Assembly (NCBI GenBank): GCA_963705105.1
Contig: CAVPIW010000006.1
Location: 64,001-128,000 of the forward strand
From: an uncultured Nitrospiraceae bacterium
Lineage (GTDB): Bacteria > Nitrospirota > Thermodesulfovibrionia > Thermodesulfovibrionales > Dissulfurispiraceae
DNA length: 64,000 nt
Reading direction: 5' to 3'
Translations under genes and position numbers: made by a program
Part shown: one piece after another, positions 25,785 to 36,826 of the stretch
Layout: the number at the start of each line of letters is the position of its first letter
Numbering within the stretch: the stretch's first letter is position 1
Notes under the pieces: model-generated
The model's input: only the letters and a program-made list of their open reading frames with translations
The model's database searches: none
Told to the model about the DNA's origin: nothing

Positions 25785-26363
25785 ATGAACAGCAGGGGTA
25801 TCTCATCGGTCCTTGTCGTCCTCGGCGTTCTTGCCGTGTTCGTCCTCGGCATCGTCGGCTGGGGAGTCGGTCAGTACAACAATGTGATCGCCATGGACGA
25901 GCAGGTCAAGGCCCAGTGGGCGCAGGTCGAGAACCAGCTCAAGCGGCGCTATGATCTCATCCCGAATCTCGTCGAGACCGTCAAGGGCTACGCGAAGCAC
26001 GAAAAGGAAATCTTCGAGAACATCGCACAGGCGAGGACGAAATACTTCCAGTCCGATAACGTTAAAGACAAGATCCAGTCCTCCCAGGCCCTTGAAGGGG
26101 CGCTGTCGAGGCTCCTTCTCCTCAGGGAGACCTACCCCGATCTGAAGGCGAACCAGTCCTTTCTCAAGCTCCAGGACAGCCTGGAGGGAACGGAAAACAG
26201 GATCGCCGTGGAGCGCAAGCGGTACAACGATGTGGTGAAAGAGCTGAATACCTACCGCAGGACCATCATGGGGAGCGTCGTGTCCTCCGTCGCCGGTGTC
26301 AAAGAGGCGGCGTATTACGAAATCCCCGAGGCCGAAAAGGCAGCGCCGAAGGTGCAGTTCTAA
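25785..26363 (+). CDS. lemA: LemA family protein
   Basis: N-terminal TM, WAQVENQLKRRYDLIPNLVETVKGYA, YPDLKAN, LEGTENRIAVERKRYN. Confidence 0.95.
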   Translation: MNSRGISSVLVVLGVLAVFVLGIVGWGVGQYNNVIAMDEQVKAQWAQVENQLKRRYDLIPNLVETVKGYAKHEKEIFENIAQARTKYFQSDNVKDKIQSSQALEGALSRLLLLRETYPDLKANQSFLKLQDSLEGTENRIAVERKRYNDVVKELNTYRRTIMGSVVSSVAGVKEAAYYEIPEAEKAAPKVQF

Positions 26364-26458
26364 AAACTTCATCTCGCGCAAAGACGCAAAGCACGCAAAG
26401 AACGGCCCCTATAATGACAAATCAGAGTGCCCATAGTTCCCGAATCAGTAGTATCCTT

Positions 26459-26654
26459 AATCGTTGCAACACACTCCCGGGAAAGGCGGGGTTGGGGTGA
26501 ATGCGCCGAAAACCGTGCTGAGGCGACACCTGTATCGAAAGGAAAGACGAGGCATACGCCGATGTCAGGAGAATTGGACATCTTTTCCGACACTGACACT
26601 GACACTCACACTGACCTGTTTTCAGAGTGCTTCGCCCCGCCTTTTTATACAACT
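26459..26654 (-). repeat. ~190-bp element, copy D (L2+R2)
   Basis: Reverse orientation; core nearly identical to copy E. Confidence 0.88.
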
Positions 26655-26863
26655 ACAGGGTTATGTATCTGTCTTGTCCGGTATCTTTCCCAAAAAGAGA
26701 AGAATGATTCCCGACAAGCGGGAATGACAGACGAGTGATGTGTCGGACTCTTTTTTCGAGATCGTCAATCTTGTGTAGTTTGTTTCTTGCCTGGCGCTCT
26801 TGGCGGCTTTGCGCGGGACTGCGTGTAGTATTAGGCTTTATGCCTTTATGATACAATACAGAG

Positions 26864-29326
26864 ATGCCTGAAAAAATCGATATCCCCGTCACAGGCATGA
26901 CGTGCGCAGCCTGTTCATCAGCCGTAGAGCGTGCCCTCAAGAAACTCGAGGGCCTCGAAGGGGCCGTCGTCAACCTGCCTGCGGAAAAGGTCACCGTCGA
27001 ATTCAGGGAGGGTACGGAACATCCTCCCGTTAGGGAAATCATCGATACCATCAAGGACGAAGGCTACGGCGTCCGGACGGAGCGCATGGATTTCTCCGTC
27101 CGGGGGATGACCTGCGCCGCCTGCGTCAGCGCCGTCGAAAGATCGATCAAAGAACGGGACGGCGTCGTCGATGTCAATGTGAACCTCGCCACGCAGAAGG
27201 CGAGCGTGGAATTCGTGCCCACCCTCGTCGGATTCGGGGATTTCAGGAAGGCCGTCGAGGATGCTGGGTATACAGCGGAGCAGGCCCCGGAGGCAGGGCA
27301 GGCCGACCGGGAAAGGGAGTACCGCGAGAGGGAATACCGGACCCTCAGAAGGGACCTGATCATCAGCGCCGTCTTTACGGTCCCCGTCATCATCGGCAAC
27401 ATGTTCATGTCTTTCCCCGTGCTCTCGAACTGGTACCTCCTCTTCGCCCTCACCACGCCTGTTCAGCTCTGGAGCGGCATGAGGTTCCACAGGGCCGCCC
27501 TTTCGGCGCTGAAGCACGGGACATCGAACATGAACACGCTCATCAGCATCGGCACGTCATCGGCGTATCTTTACAGCACCCTTGCAACATTTGCTCCGGA
27601 TATATTCGAGCGCAGCGGCATCCATGCCCACGTCTATTTCGACACGTCGGCGACGATCATCACGCTTATCCTTTTCGGCAGACTCCTTGAAGCACGGGCA
27701 AAGGGGAAGACCTCGGAAGCGATACGGAAGCTTATGGGCCTTCAGGCGAAAACAGCGACCGTTGTGAGGTCCGGCTCGGAGCAGGTCATTGCGGTGGAGG
27801 CCGTCGTCGTCGGCGACATCGTCATCGTCAGGCCCGGAGAGCGCATTCCCGTTGACGGAGAGGTGACGGAGGGGTTTTCGACGGTCGACGAATCAATGCT
27901 GACCGGGGAAAGCCTGCCCGTCGAGAAGTCCGGCGGCAGTGCCGTCTTTGGCGGTACGGTGAACAAGGTAGGCAGTTTCAGGCTCAGGGCCCTCAAAATC
28001 GGCAGGGACACGTTCCTCTCCCAGATCATCCGTCTCGTCGAGGAGGCCCAGGGGAGCAAGGCGCCCATCCAGCGGCTCGCCGACACGATCGCTTCTGTCT
28101 TCGTCCCCGTCGTTCTCGTCATCGCGGTCATTACTTTCGCCGTCTGGTATGTCGCCGGCCCGTCCTTTGCGCTGGCCCTCATGAACTTCATCGCCGTGCT
28201 CATCATCGCCTGTCCCTGCGCCCTCGGCCTCGCAACGCCGACGGCGATCATGGTGGGAACAGGCAAGGGGGCGGAGCGGGGTATTCTCATCCGTGATGCC
28301 GAGGCCCTCGAACTCTGCCACAAGGTCCGGGCGGTCCTCCTCGACAAGACGGGAACGATTACGAAGGGAGAGCCCGAAGTCGTCGAGATTCACCCCGTCA
28401 ACGGCGGAGGAACATTGTCGGCCGACGACCTCCTGCTCATTGCCGCCACAGCGGAGAAAAGATCCGAGCACCCCCTCGGCGAGGCGATCGTGAGGAAGGC
28501 GGCGGAACGCCGGCTGAACCCGGCTGATCCCGATCGGTTTGAGGCCCTGCCCGGCGGCGGGATACGGGCGACCCTGCGGAATGATGCTGCGGCAAAGGGC
28601 GGCGGCGTTGCCGTGCAACAGGAGGTCATCATCGGCAACGAAAGGCTCATGAGGGATCGGGGGGTGGACGTTTCAGAGGCGCTCAAACAGCTGCCCTCCG
28701 TTGCAATTGCCGGGAGGACACCGGTGTTTCTCGCCGCAGACGGTAAAATCCTTGCAATTTTCGCCCTGGCGGATACAATAAAAGAGGGCTCTGCAGAGGC
28801 GATCAGGGACTTGCAGGCCCTGGGGATCGAGGTCATCATGCTGACGGGGGACCACCGGAGCACGGCCGAGGCCATCGCCCGGCAGCTCTCGATCGGCAGG
28901 TTCTTTGCCGAGGTGCTGCCTGACCGGAAGGTGGGCATCGTGAAAGAAATCAAGGCCGAGGGAAAGGTGACCGCCATGGTCGGCGACGGCATCAATGACG
29001 CGCCGGCCCTTGCAGAGGCCGATGTGGGCATCGCCATGGGCACGGGCACCGATATTGCCATGGAAGCCTCGGACATCACCCTGATACAGGGAAACCTGCG
29101 GAGCGTCGTCGACGCGATCCGGTTGAGCAGGCTCACCATCCGGACGATCAGGCAGAACCTGTTCTGGGCATTTATCTATAACATTATCGGGATCCCCGTT
29201 GCAGCAGGCATTCTCTATCCCTTCGGCGGTCCCCTTCTCAACCCTATGATCGCTTCAGCCGCGATGGCCTTCAGTTCCGTCTCGGTTGTGAGCAACTCGC
29301 TGAGGCTGAGAAGGAAAAAGCTATAG
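26864..29326 (+). CDS. copA: Copper-translocating P1B-type ATPase
   Basis: Two GMTCAAC HMA domains, TGES, CPC, DKTGT, SEHP, GDGIND, YN and MAFSS. Confidence 0.95.
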   Translation: MPEKIDIPVTGMTCAACSSAVERALKKLEGLEGAVVNLPAEKVTVEFREGTEHPPVREIIDTIKDEGYGVRTERMDFSVRGMTCAACVSAVERSIKERDGVVDVNVNLATQKASVEFVPTLVGFGDFRKAVEDAGYTAEQAPEAGQADREREYREREYRTLRRDLIISAVFTVPVIIGNMFMSFPVLSNWYLLFALTTPVQLWSGMRFHRAALSALKHGTSNMNTLISIGTSSAYLYSTLATFAPDIFERSGIHAHVYFDTSATIITLILFGRLLEARAKGKTSEAIRKLMGLQAKTATVVRSGSEQVIAVEAVVVGDIVIVRPGERIPVDGEVTEGFSTVDESMLTGESLPVEKSGGSAVFGGTVNKVGSFRLRALKIGRDTFLSQIIRLVEEAQGSKAPIQRLADTIASVFVPVVLVIAVITFAVWYVAGPSFALALMNFIAVLIIACPCALGLATPTAIMVGTGKGAERGILIRDAEALELCHKVRAVLLDKTGTITKGEPEVVEIHPVNGGGTLSADDLLLIAATAEKRSEHPLGEAIVRKAAERRLNPADPDRFEALPGGGIRATLRNDAAAKGGGVAVQQEVIIGNERLMRDRGVDVSEALKQLPSVAIAGRTPVFLAADGKILAIFALADTIKEGSAEAIRDLQALGIEVIMLTGDHRSTAEAIARQLSIGRFFAEVLPDRKVGIVKEIKAEGKVTAMVGDGINDAPALAEADVGIAMGTGTDIAMEASDITLIQGNLRSVVDAIRLSRLTIRTIRQNLFWAFIYNIIGIPVAAGILYPFGGPLLNPMIASAAMAFSSVSVVSNSLRLRRKKL

Positions 29327-29335
29327 GAGACGGTC

Positions 29336-30454
29336 ATGCAGAGAAGGATTTACGTCGCAGATGACATACCCACCAACATCGAGCTCGTCGAGGTGGTGCT
29401 GAAGAGTGATCCGAACATCATCATCCGCAAGGCGCTGAACGGCGCCGATCTCCTCGAAATCGTGCATAGGGAGGGTCTCCCGGACCTCGTGATTCTCGAC
29501 CTCATGATGCCGGTGAAAGACGGCTTCGATGTCATCGAGGCGCTCAGGCCCGTGAGGGAGCTGCATTACTTCCCCGTTATCGTGCTCTCGGCGCTCACGG
29601 ACAAGCAGAACATCGTCAAGGCCCTCTCGATGGGCGCCGACGACTACGTGATCAAGCCGTTCTTCGTTGCCGAGCTGAAGGCCCGGGTCTCCAACATGCT
29701 CAAGCTGAAGGAGCGTGATGAACTCCTCAACAGGTCCATCGACGTGCTGTCGTCGAACCTCGCTGAAAAGCTCGAGCTCCTCGAGCAGACTCAGCTCGAG
29801 ATCGTCATTCGCCTGGGCCGGGCCGCTGAGTTCAGGGATGACGAAACAGGGCGGCACATCGAGCGGATCTCCGATTACGTGGCACTGCTGACGCGGGAAC
29901 TGAACTACAACGAGGAGCGGAGCACGATGCTCAAGTTCGCCGCCCCCATGCACGACCTGGGGAAGATCGGCATACCGGACCGCATTCTTCTCAAGCCGGG
30001 CAAACTGACCGACGAGGAATTCAACGTCATCAAGCTCCATACTCTCATCGGAGGAAGGATCCTGAGTGGCACGACCCTGCCCCTCCTCGAGATGGCGAGG
30101 GAGGTCGCCCTCAATCACCACGAGCGGTGGGACGGCACGGGCTACCCCTTCCACCTCAAGGGGAGGGAGATCCCGAGCTCAGGCCGTCTTGTGGCCATCC
30201 TCGACGTGTTCGACGCCCTCACCTCCATGCGCGTCTATAAATCGGCGTGGCCCTTCGACAGGGCCTTCGAGTATATCCGGGATCAGCGTGAGAAGCAGTT
30301 CGATCCCGATGTGGTCGACGCGTTCCTGAAGTACGAAGACAAGATCATCGAGATCAAGAAATCCAACGCCGATGAACCGGCGACAAAGCCCATCATCCAG
30401 AGCATCATCGACGGGGAGATGCACCTGGACGCGCTGAGAGACCTATGGAAGTAG
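29336..30454 (+). CDS. Response regulator with HD-GYP cyclic-dinucleotide phosphodiesterase domain
   Basis: Receiver ADD..LDLMMP..K; HDLGKIG, HHERWDGTGYP. Confidence 0.93.
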   Translation: MQRRIYVADDIPTNIELVEVVLKSDPNIIIRKALNGADLLEIVHREGLPDLVILDLMMPVKDGFDVIEALRPVRELHYFPVIVLSALTDKQNIVKALSMGADDYVIKPFFVAELKARVSNMLKLKERDELLNRSIDVLSSNLAEKLELLEQTQLEIVIRLGRAAEFRDDETGRHIERISDYVALLTRELNYNEERSTMLKFAAPMHDLGKIGIPDRILLKPGKLTDEEFNVIKLHTLIGGRILSGTTLPLLEMAREVALNHHERWDGTGYPFHLKGREIPSSGRLVAILDVFDALTSMRVYKSAWPFDRAFEYIRDQREKQFDPDVVDAFLKYEDKIIEIKKSNADEPATKPIIQSIIDGEMHLDALRDLWK

Positions 30455-32115
30455 CGGAACAGGGGCAGTCCCTCCTCATCATCCCCCTCGGGGGCGTCGA
30501 GGAAATCGGTCTCAACATGACCCTTTTCCAGTGCGGCGACGACCTGATCATCGTCGATGCCGGACTCATGTTCCCTGAAGAGGAGATGCTTGGTGTCGAC
30601 TTCGTCATCCCCGATTTCTCCTACGTCCTCGACAACAGGGAGAAGGTGCGGGCCGTCATCCTGACCCACGGGCATGAGGACCACACCGGCGCTCTGCCTT
30701 TCCTGCTGAAGGAACTGGAGGTCCCCGTGTACGGGACGGCGCTTACCCTTGCCCTGGTCCGGGAAAAGCTGAGAGAGCATGATCTCGCCGACGTGGACCT
30801 CATCCCTGTGAGACCCCGGGACTGCGTCACCCTTGGGTGCTTCACCGTCGAATTCATCAGGGTGACCCACAGCATCGTCGACGGCGTGGGATTGGGCATC
30901 CGGACGCCCTTCGGCAACATCATCCATACCGGCGACTTCAAGGTCGACCCCACGCCCGTTGACGGCGAGCTGATGGACTTCCACAAGTTTACCGAGTATG
31001 GCGAGAAGGGCACCCTCGTGATGCTGTCGGACAGCACGAATGCGGAGAAGGGCGGATTCACCTTCTCGGAAAAGGAAGTGAGGAGGGCCTTCGAGGACAT
31101 CTTCGCGAAGAAGAAGGGAAGGATCATCATCGCCACCTTCGCGTCCAACATCCACCGCATCCAGCAGGCCGTCGACGTGGCGGTCCAGTTCGGACGGCAC
31201 GTCGTCATGTGCGGCAAGAGCATCACGGCCAATGCCCAGATAGCCCTCGATCTCGGGTACCTCAAGGTGCCCGAGAACACGTGGATGCGGCTCGATCAGG
31301 TCAACTCATTTCCCGACGACCAGGTGGTCATCATCACCACGGGCAGCCAGGGGGAGCCGATGAGCGTCATGTCGCGGATCGCCATGGATGAGCATAAGGT
31401 CATCAAGATCCGTGAGGGTGACACGGTGATCCTGTCGGCCAAGATGATCCCCGGCAATGAAAGGTCCATAGGCAGGATCATCGACCATCTCATGCGACGG
31501 GGGGCCGATGTCAAATACGAAAAGGTCTCCGAAATCCATGTGTCCGGCCATGCGTCGAAGGAAGAGCTGAAGCTCATGATGAACCTCGTGAGGCCCCGGT
31601 ATTTCGTGCCGATCCACGGCGAATACCGGCATCTCCGGTACCATGCCAGGCTGGCGGAAAAGTCGGGCATACCGAAGGACCATATCTTCCTCCTCGAGGA
31701 CGGGTCCGTTCTGGAGATCACTTCCTCAGGGATCTGGAAGAACGGGAAGGTCCACTCCGGGAGGGTCTTCATCGACGGCAGGGGCATTACGGGCGTCGAG
31801 GACATCGTCCTGAGGGACCGGAAGCGCCTCGCCCATGACGGGATCGTCATCGTCCTCGTCGCGATCGAACGCCTGACGAGGAAGGTCATATCGGGACCGG
31901 AGATCATCTCGCGGGGATTCGTTTTCGAAGACGTGTCCCAGGAGGTGATCAACGAGGTACGGGAGCTCATGGCGCAGACCCTCTCGGGGCTGGAGGACGA
32001 CATCCTGTCCGACGTCTCCCTCGTGCAGATGAAGCTGAGGGCGACGCTCAAGAAATACCTCAGGAACACGATGGACCGCAAGCCGATGATCATGCCGCTC
32101 ATCGTGGAGCTGTGA
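30445..32115 (+). CDS. rnj: Ribonuclease J
   Basis: PLGGVEEIGLNM, THGHEDH, HTGDFK, FASNIHR, TTGSQGEP, HVSGH, PIHGE. Confidence 0.96.
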   Translation: MEVAEQGQSLLIIPLGGVEEIGLNMTLFQCGDDLIIVDAGLMFPEEEMLGVDFVIPDFSYVLDNREKVRAVILTHGHEDHTGALPFLLKELEVPVYGTALTLALVREKLREHDLADVDLIPVRPRDCVTLGCFTVEFIRVTHSIVDGVGLGIRTPFGNIIHTGDFKVDPTPVDGELMDFHKFTEYGEKGTLVMLSDSTNAEKGGFTFSEKEVRRAFEDIFAKKKGRIIIATFASNIHRIQQAVDVAVQFGRHVVMCGKSITANAQIALDLGYLKVPENTWMRLDQVNSFPDDQVVIITTGSQGEPMSVMSRIAMDEHKVIKIREGDTVILSAKMIPGNERSIGRIIDHLMRRGADVKYEKVSEIHVSGHASKEELKLMMNLVRPRYFVPIHGEYRHLRYHARLAEKSGIPKDHIFLLEDGSVLEITSSGIWKNGKVHSGRVFIDGRGITGVEDIVLRDRKRLAHDGIVIVLVAIERLTRKVISGPEIISRGFVFEDVSQEVINEVRELMAQTLSGLEDDILSDVSLVQMKLRATLKKYLRNTMDRKPMIMPLIVEL

Positions 32116-32133
32116 CAACGGGTATCTAAAGCC

Positions 32134-32325
32134 TATCGATTCATACGCCCTTCGGAAAGGCGGGGTGTATGAGCCGAAAACCTTGGTGCGGCGACACCTG
32201 TATCAAAACGAAAGACGAGGCATAAGCCGATGTCAGGAGAATTGGACATCTTTTCCGACACTGACACTCACACTCACACTGACACTGTTTTCAGAGGCAC
32301 TTTGTCCCGCCTTTTCATGCAGTTG
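32134..32325 (-). repeat. ~190-bp element, copy E (L2+R2)
   Basis: GGAAAGGCGGGGTG...CCGATGTCAGGAGAATTGGACATCTTTTCCGACACTGACACT...CCCGCCTTTTCATGCAG. Confidence 0.88.
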
Positions 32326-32354
32326 AAAGGTGGATACCTCGTCTATGAACAAGT

Positions 32355-33146
32355 ATGATGGATCCTGAAATCATAAAGGCGATCGTCCTCGGCATCGTGC
32401 AGGGGATAACGGAGTTCTTCCCCATCAGCAGCACGGCTCACCTGATCCTCTTCCCCTGGTTCTTCGGGTGGTCCGGCGAGATCGACACCCTTTCTTTCGA
32501 CATCGCCCTGCACGGAGGAACGCTCCTGTCGCTGCTCGTCTGCTTCGCCCGTGACTGGGTCAACCTCCTCGTCAACGACCGCCGTACCCTTGCGTATCTG
32601 GCGATCGCGACGGTGCCCGCCGGCGTCGCCGGATTAGCGCTCAAGCATGCCGTCGAGACGATCTTCAGGAGCCCCCTCATTATTGTTTTCACCCTTATCG
32701 CAGTCGGTGTCCTCATGCTGCTTGCGGAGCGATGGAGCCGTGACCATGCCGGGCGTCTCAAAAAAAAGGCCTCCTTTGCCGATGCGATCATAATCGGCGC
32801 AGCGCAGGCCGTTGCACTCATCCCGGGCGTTTCCCGTTCCGGCATCACCATTACCGCCGGCCTCTGGCGTCATCTCACCCGGGAATCGGCGGCGCGGTTC
32901 TCCTTTCTCCTCTCGACGCCTGTCATTGCAGGAGCGACCCTTCTGGAAGCGAAGAAACTGGCGGGCAATCCCGGATCATATGATGCAGCCGTTTTCATTG
33001 CCGGTTTTATCGCCTCCTTCCTCGCCGGCATCCTCGCCATCACGTTCCTCCTGTCTTATCTGAAAAAGCATCCCCTCAATCTATTCGTCTATTACCGCTT
33101 TCTCCTCGCCCTCGTTATTCTGGTAGTATATATACGTCAACTTTAG
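32355..33146 (+). CDS. uppP: Undecaprenyl-diphosphate phosphatase
   Basis: GIVQGITEFFPISSTAHL, ALIPGVSRSGITI, AARFSFLLS. Confidence 0.95.
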   Translation: MMDPEIIKAIVLGIVQGITEFFPISSTAHLILFPWFFGWSGEIDTLSFDIALHGGTLLSLLVCFARDWVNLLVNDRRTLAYLAIATVPAGVAGLALKHAVETIFRSPLIIVFTLIAVGVLMLLAERWSRDHAGRLKKKASFADAIIIGAAQAVALIPGVSRSGITITAGLWRHLTRESAARFSFLLSTPVIAGATLLEAKKLAGNPGSYDAAVFIAGFIASFLAGILAITFLLSYLKKHPLNLFVYYRFLLALVILVVYIRQL

Positions 33147-33177
33147 AAGCTGAAGAAATCCTTGGAAAGACTCTTTT

Positions 33178-33285
33178 TCGCGCAAAGACGCCAAGTTCGC
33201 AAAGAAAGGAAGAAAGTGCCCCTTGCGGGTAATTTGTCAATGTCGCATACGTCGTTCTTTGCGCGCTTTGCGACTTTGCGTGAGA
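33178..33285. repeat. Inverted pair of 9-bp-period CGCAAAG arms
   Basis: TTCGCGCAAAGACGCCAAGTTCGCAAAG ... CTTTGCGCGCTTTGCGACTTTGCGTGAGA; related arms at 26372/26818 and 36620/37783. Confidence 0.8.
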
Positions 33286-33301
33286 CTGCTAAGGTGGCGC
33301 C

Positions 33302-35407
33302 GTGAAAGCTGAAAAGACCGCAGAGCCGAAGCTTGCCAAAAAGAAAAGCCGGCGTCTGGCCGAGATCATCGGCGTCGTCGCCGTCCTCGGAGGCGTTTTT
33401 GTCGCCGTCTCGGTTTTCTCCTACTCCAAGTGGGACAGGTCCTTTTTCACCTATTCGAGGACGGCGCCGAAGAACATCGGCGGTCCCGTTGGCGCCCATG
33501 TGGCCGATCTCGTCATGTCGGTCATCGGCCTCTCGGGCTATCTCATTCCCCTGTTTCTCGTCCTCTACGGCATACGTAAGATCCTCGGGAAGGAGGGCAA
33601 CCCCGTCCATGTGCTCGGGGCGGCGATGTTCTTACCTGCCCTTTCCGCTCTCGCCCAGATGATCAGGGTGCCGAACCCCCTGAACATCGAGCCTCCCGGC
33701 GGTTTTGCCGGTCTCGCGCTGTCGCAGTTTCTCACACGCTATCTTTCCACTGTCGGCGCCTTCATCGCGATCACGATGCTCATCCTCATTTCGGTTATTC
33801 TCATGAGCCCCGTCTCGGTCTTCTCCCTTATGAGGAGGAAGAAGAGATCCCCTGTCACTGTCCCGGAAGAAACCCCGGGGGAACCGGAATTTCCTGTCAT
33901 CGCGAGGGAAGAGGAAAGGCGGGAGATCCCGGTCGTCCCGATGGGGAAGGTTGTTGAACATCCGGGGGGAGGCGACGGGGAAGCAACGGTGACCGACGAT
34001 GCACCGGAACAGGCAGGGAGCTATTCCCTCCCGCCCCTCTCGTTCCTGCAGCCTGCCCGTGAGGGATCGGGACCGTCGAAAGAGGAGCTCATGACGTCGG
34101 CATCGCTGATCGAAAAGAAGATGGCCGACTTCGGTGTCAGCGGGCGGATCAAACAGGCCTATCCCGGGCCTGTCGTGACCATGTACGAATACGAACCTGC
34201 GCCGGGTGTAAAGATCAACCGCGTTGTGTCCCTCGCCGACGACCTCGCCCTCGCCCTCAGGGCCCAGAGCATCAGGATCTATCCCATGGCGGGCAAGGCC
34301 GCCATCGGCGTCGAGGTGCCGAACCAGGAGAGGGCGACCGTCACCATCCATGACATCATCGGGTCCGACAACTTCCAGAGGGGCTCGTCGTTTCTCACCC
34401 TCTGCCTCGGCAAGGACATTTTCGGCAACCCCGTCGTGACGGACCTTGGGAAGATGCCCCACCTGCTCGTCGCCGGCGCCACGGGGTCGGGCAAGAGCGT
34501 TTCGATCAATACCATGATCGTGAGCATCCTCTACAAAGCGTCGCCGGCGGATGTGAAGATGCTCATGATCGACCCGAAGCTCCTCGAGCTCTCTGCGTAC
34601 GCCGAGATCCCCCACCTCATCTCGCCGGTCATCACGGGGCCGAAGGAGGCGTCGGAGGCGCTCAAGAAGATGGTCTACGAGATGGAGCGCCGGTACCGTC
34701 TCCTCGCCGAGAAGGGTGCACGGAACATCGAAGGGTTTAACAGGCATGCGGCGCAGGAAGAGCGACTGCCCTATATCGTCGTTTTCATCGATGAACTGGC
34801 GGACCTGATGTTCACCGCCCCCAGCGACGTCGAGAATGCCATCGCCCGCCTTGCCCAGATGGCGCGGGCCTCGGGCATCCATCTCATTCTGGCGACGCAG
34901 CGTCCTTCCGTGGACGTCATCACGGGACTCATCAAGGCGAATTTCCCCGCCCGCATCTCCTTCCGGGTCACATCGAAGATCGATTCGCGGACCATTCTCG
35001 ATGCCCAGGGAGCGGAGCAGCTCCTCGGCATGGGAGACATGCTCTTCATGCTGCCCGGCGCGAGAATAACGAGGATTCACGGCGCGTACATCAGCGATGA
35101 GGAGGTCCGCGCCATCACCGATTTTGTGAAGTCCCAGGGAAAGCCGGACTACGCGCCTTTTGAACAGATTACCCTTGCCGCCGCAGAGGAGAAAGGTGTC
35201 TCGGAGCCGGCCGAGCGTGACGAGATGTACCAGAGGGTCCTCGATCTGGCGGAATCGGCGGGAGAGATATCGATATCGGCGATCCAGAGACGGTTGAAGA
35301 TCGGATTCAACAGGGCGGCGCGGATCATGGAGCTCCTCGAGGAAGACGGGCTCGTCGGGCCTCCGAGGGGAGCGGGGAAGCCGAGGGATTTTTTGGGAAG
35401 ACGATAG
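33302..35407 (+). CDS. ftsK: DNA translocase FtsK
   Basis: N-terminal TMs, PHLLVAGATGSGKS, IDPK, IDELADLM, ATQRPSVDV, gamma domain QRRLKIGFNRAAR. Confidence 0.96.
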   Translation: MKAEKTAEPKLAKKKSRRLAEIIGVVAVLGGVFVAVSVFSYSKWDRSFFTYSRTAPKNIGGPVGAHVADLVMSVIGLSGYLIPLFLVLYGIRKILGKEGNPVHVLGAAMFLPALSALAQMIRVPNPLNIEPPGGFAGLALSQFLTRYLSTVGAFIAITMLILISVILMSPVSVFSLMRRKKRSPVTVPEETPGEPEFPVIAREEERREIPVVPMGKVVEHPGGGDGEATVTDDAPEQAGSYSLPPLSFLQPAREGSGPSKEELMTSASLIEKKMADFGVSGRIKQAYPGPVVTMYEYEPAPGVKINRVVSLADDLALALRAQSIRIYPMAGKAAIGVEVPNQERATVTIHDIIGSDNFQRGSSFLTLCLGKDIFGNPVVTDLGKMPHLLVAGATGSGKSVSINTMIVSILYKASPADVKMLMIDPKLLELSAYAEIPHLISPVITGPKEASEALKKMVYEMERRYRLLAEKGARNIEGFNRHAAQEERLPYIVVFIDELADLMFTAPSDVENAIARLAQMARASGIHLILATQRPSVDVITGLIKANFPARISFRVTSKIDSRTILDAQGAEQLLGMGDMLFMLPGARITRIHGAYISDEEVRAITDFVKSQGKPDYAPFEQITLAAAEEKGVSEPAERDEMYQRVLDLAESAGEISISAIQRRLKIGFNRAARIMELLEEDGLVGPPRGAGKPRDFLGRR

Positions 35408-35550
35408 GGCGTATGACAGTGTGAGGGTGAGTGTCTGTGAAAGGTCCTTTCGGTTGACGATACACTTTAAACTGTATACCGGCTATGAGGCGTCTACTTG
35501 AAGTATTACCATGGCAATTATTGACCCGGCAATTGAGCACTTGCAACACC

Positions 35551-35643
35551 GTCATTGCCGCAAGCCCCTGTCAAGCCATGACAGGCTCCGCGCGTCGGCA
35601 ATCCTTCTGAAAATGAGAAGGATTCCGGACAAGCCGGAATGAC
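35551..35643. repeat. GTCATT...AATGAC double-hairpin repeat (also 37436-37515; partial ~26670-26728 and 36725-36755)
   Basis: GATTCCGGACAAGCCGGAATGAC identical at ~35621 and ~37493; variant GATTCCCGACAAGCGGGAATGAC at ~26706. Confidence 0.8.
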
Positions 35644-35731
35644 AAAGCGCGGGGCGGTTCATCTGTTTGATTGCCATATTTCCCTGAAAGGCGGTGCTTC
35701 GCCCTGCCTTTTCATGCAACTGCAATGTAAA

Positions 35732-35934
35732 CCTTGTATAGAAAGACGGGGCGAAACGCCTCAAAGCCTTGCTGAAGGCGACGATACGCCTCGTCAGGTT
35801 TGTGTTTCAGGATTCCACTCTTTGTGTCATCGACTATGGAAGTATAGTTCATCATGCGTTTTGATATAGGAGTCGCCGCAGCAAGGTTTTCGGCGCATAC
35901 ACCCCGCCTTTCCCGGGAGTGTATTGCAACGATA
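35732..35934 (+). repeat. ~190-bp element, copy F (L1+R2), preceded by an internally deleted mini-copy at ~35670-35722
   Basis: GAAAGACGGGGCGAAACGCCTCAAAGCC ... GTCGCCGCAGCAAGGTTTTCGGCGCATACACCCCGCCTTTCC..TTGCAACGATA. Confidence 0.88.
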
Positions 35935-35955
35935 ATGTAAAGTAACTGTCAGGAG

Positions 35956-36609
35956 ATGAATGACATGCAAAACGGGAAAAAGAAATTAGGAATCATTGCA
36001 GCTTTGGTCGCCATCCTTCTCGGCGTCATCCACCCTTCGCCGTCCTTCGCCCTTTCTGCGGACGAAGAGATAAAGAGGATCCAGGACGCCTACGAGGGGA
36101 TCAGGGATATAAGGGGAGATTTCGTGCAGAAGAGCCGGATCAGCGATCTCAAGAGGACGGACACGTACAGCGGACAGTTCTTCATAAAAGCGTCGAAGAT
36201 GAGATGGGATTTCAGGGGGGACAAGGCCCAGTCCATCTACATCAGGGGCGATGAGATCGTCATATATCAGAAGAAGGAGAAGCAGGCTTTCAAGTCTAAG
36301 TTCGACCGGTCCACCTATGGTCAGGCACCGATCGCCCTGCTCGGGGGGTTCGGGAACATCAGGAAGGAGTTCGATGTGACGGCGAAAGAGGGCAAACTGA
36401 TGCTGAAACCGAAGATGCCCATGGGTAACGTTGTCAGCGTGGAGATCACCACGTTGCAGAATGAGTTCCCCATCGAATCTGTGACGATCGTCGATTCCTC
36501 GTCGAACAGGGTGGAGATCAGGCTGAAGAACGTCCGGACGAACAGCGGGGTGAAGGATTCCGTCTTCGAGTTCACTCCCCCTGAGGGAGTCACGGTATTT
36601 CAGCAGTAA
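35956..36609 (+). CDS. lolA: Outer-membrane lipoprotein carrier LolA
   Basis: Signal peptide, GDFVQK, KMRWDF, C-terminal FEFTPPEGVTV; follows ftsK as usual. Confidence 0.85.
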   Translation: MNDMQNGKKKLGIIAALVAILLGVIHPSPSFALSADEEIKRIQDAYEGIRDIRGDFVQKSRISDLKRTDTYSGQFFIKASKMRWDFRGDKAQSIYIRGDEIVIYQKKEKQAFKSKFDRSTYGQAPIALLGGFGNIRKEFDVTAKEGKLMLKPKMPMGNVVSVEITTLQNEFPIESVTIVDSSSNRVEIRLKNVRTNSGVKDSVFEFTPPEGVTVFQQ

Positions 36610-36782
36610 GGCGAAAATTTCTCACGCAAAGCCGCAAAGAAAGGCATAAATGGTAGTTTGCCACAGAGGTCACAGAGATCACAGAGAAAGAATATCTCAC
36701 AATTGTGAACTGCAACGCATCGCCGTCATTTCCGAATAAGAGCTTCGGGCATGACACAAATATGAGCTTGTTCACATGCGAC

Positions 36783-36815
36783 AAGGAAGCCCTGCCGGCC
36801 GGCAGGGCTTTCTTT
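36783..36815. terminator. Bidirectional intrinsic terminator between convergent genes
   Basis: AAGCCCTGCC-GGCC-GGCAGGGCTT stem with A/T-rich flanks. Confidence 0.7.
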
Positions 36816-36826
36816 ATGCGTGGTTG

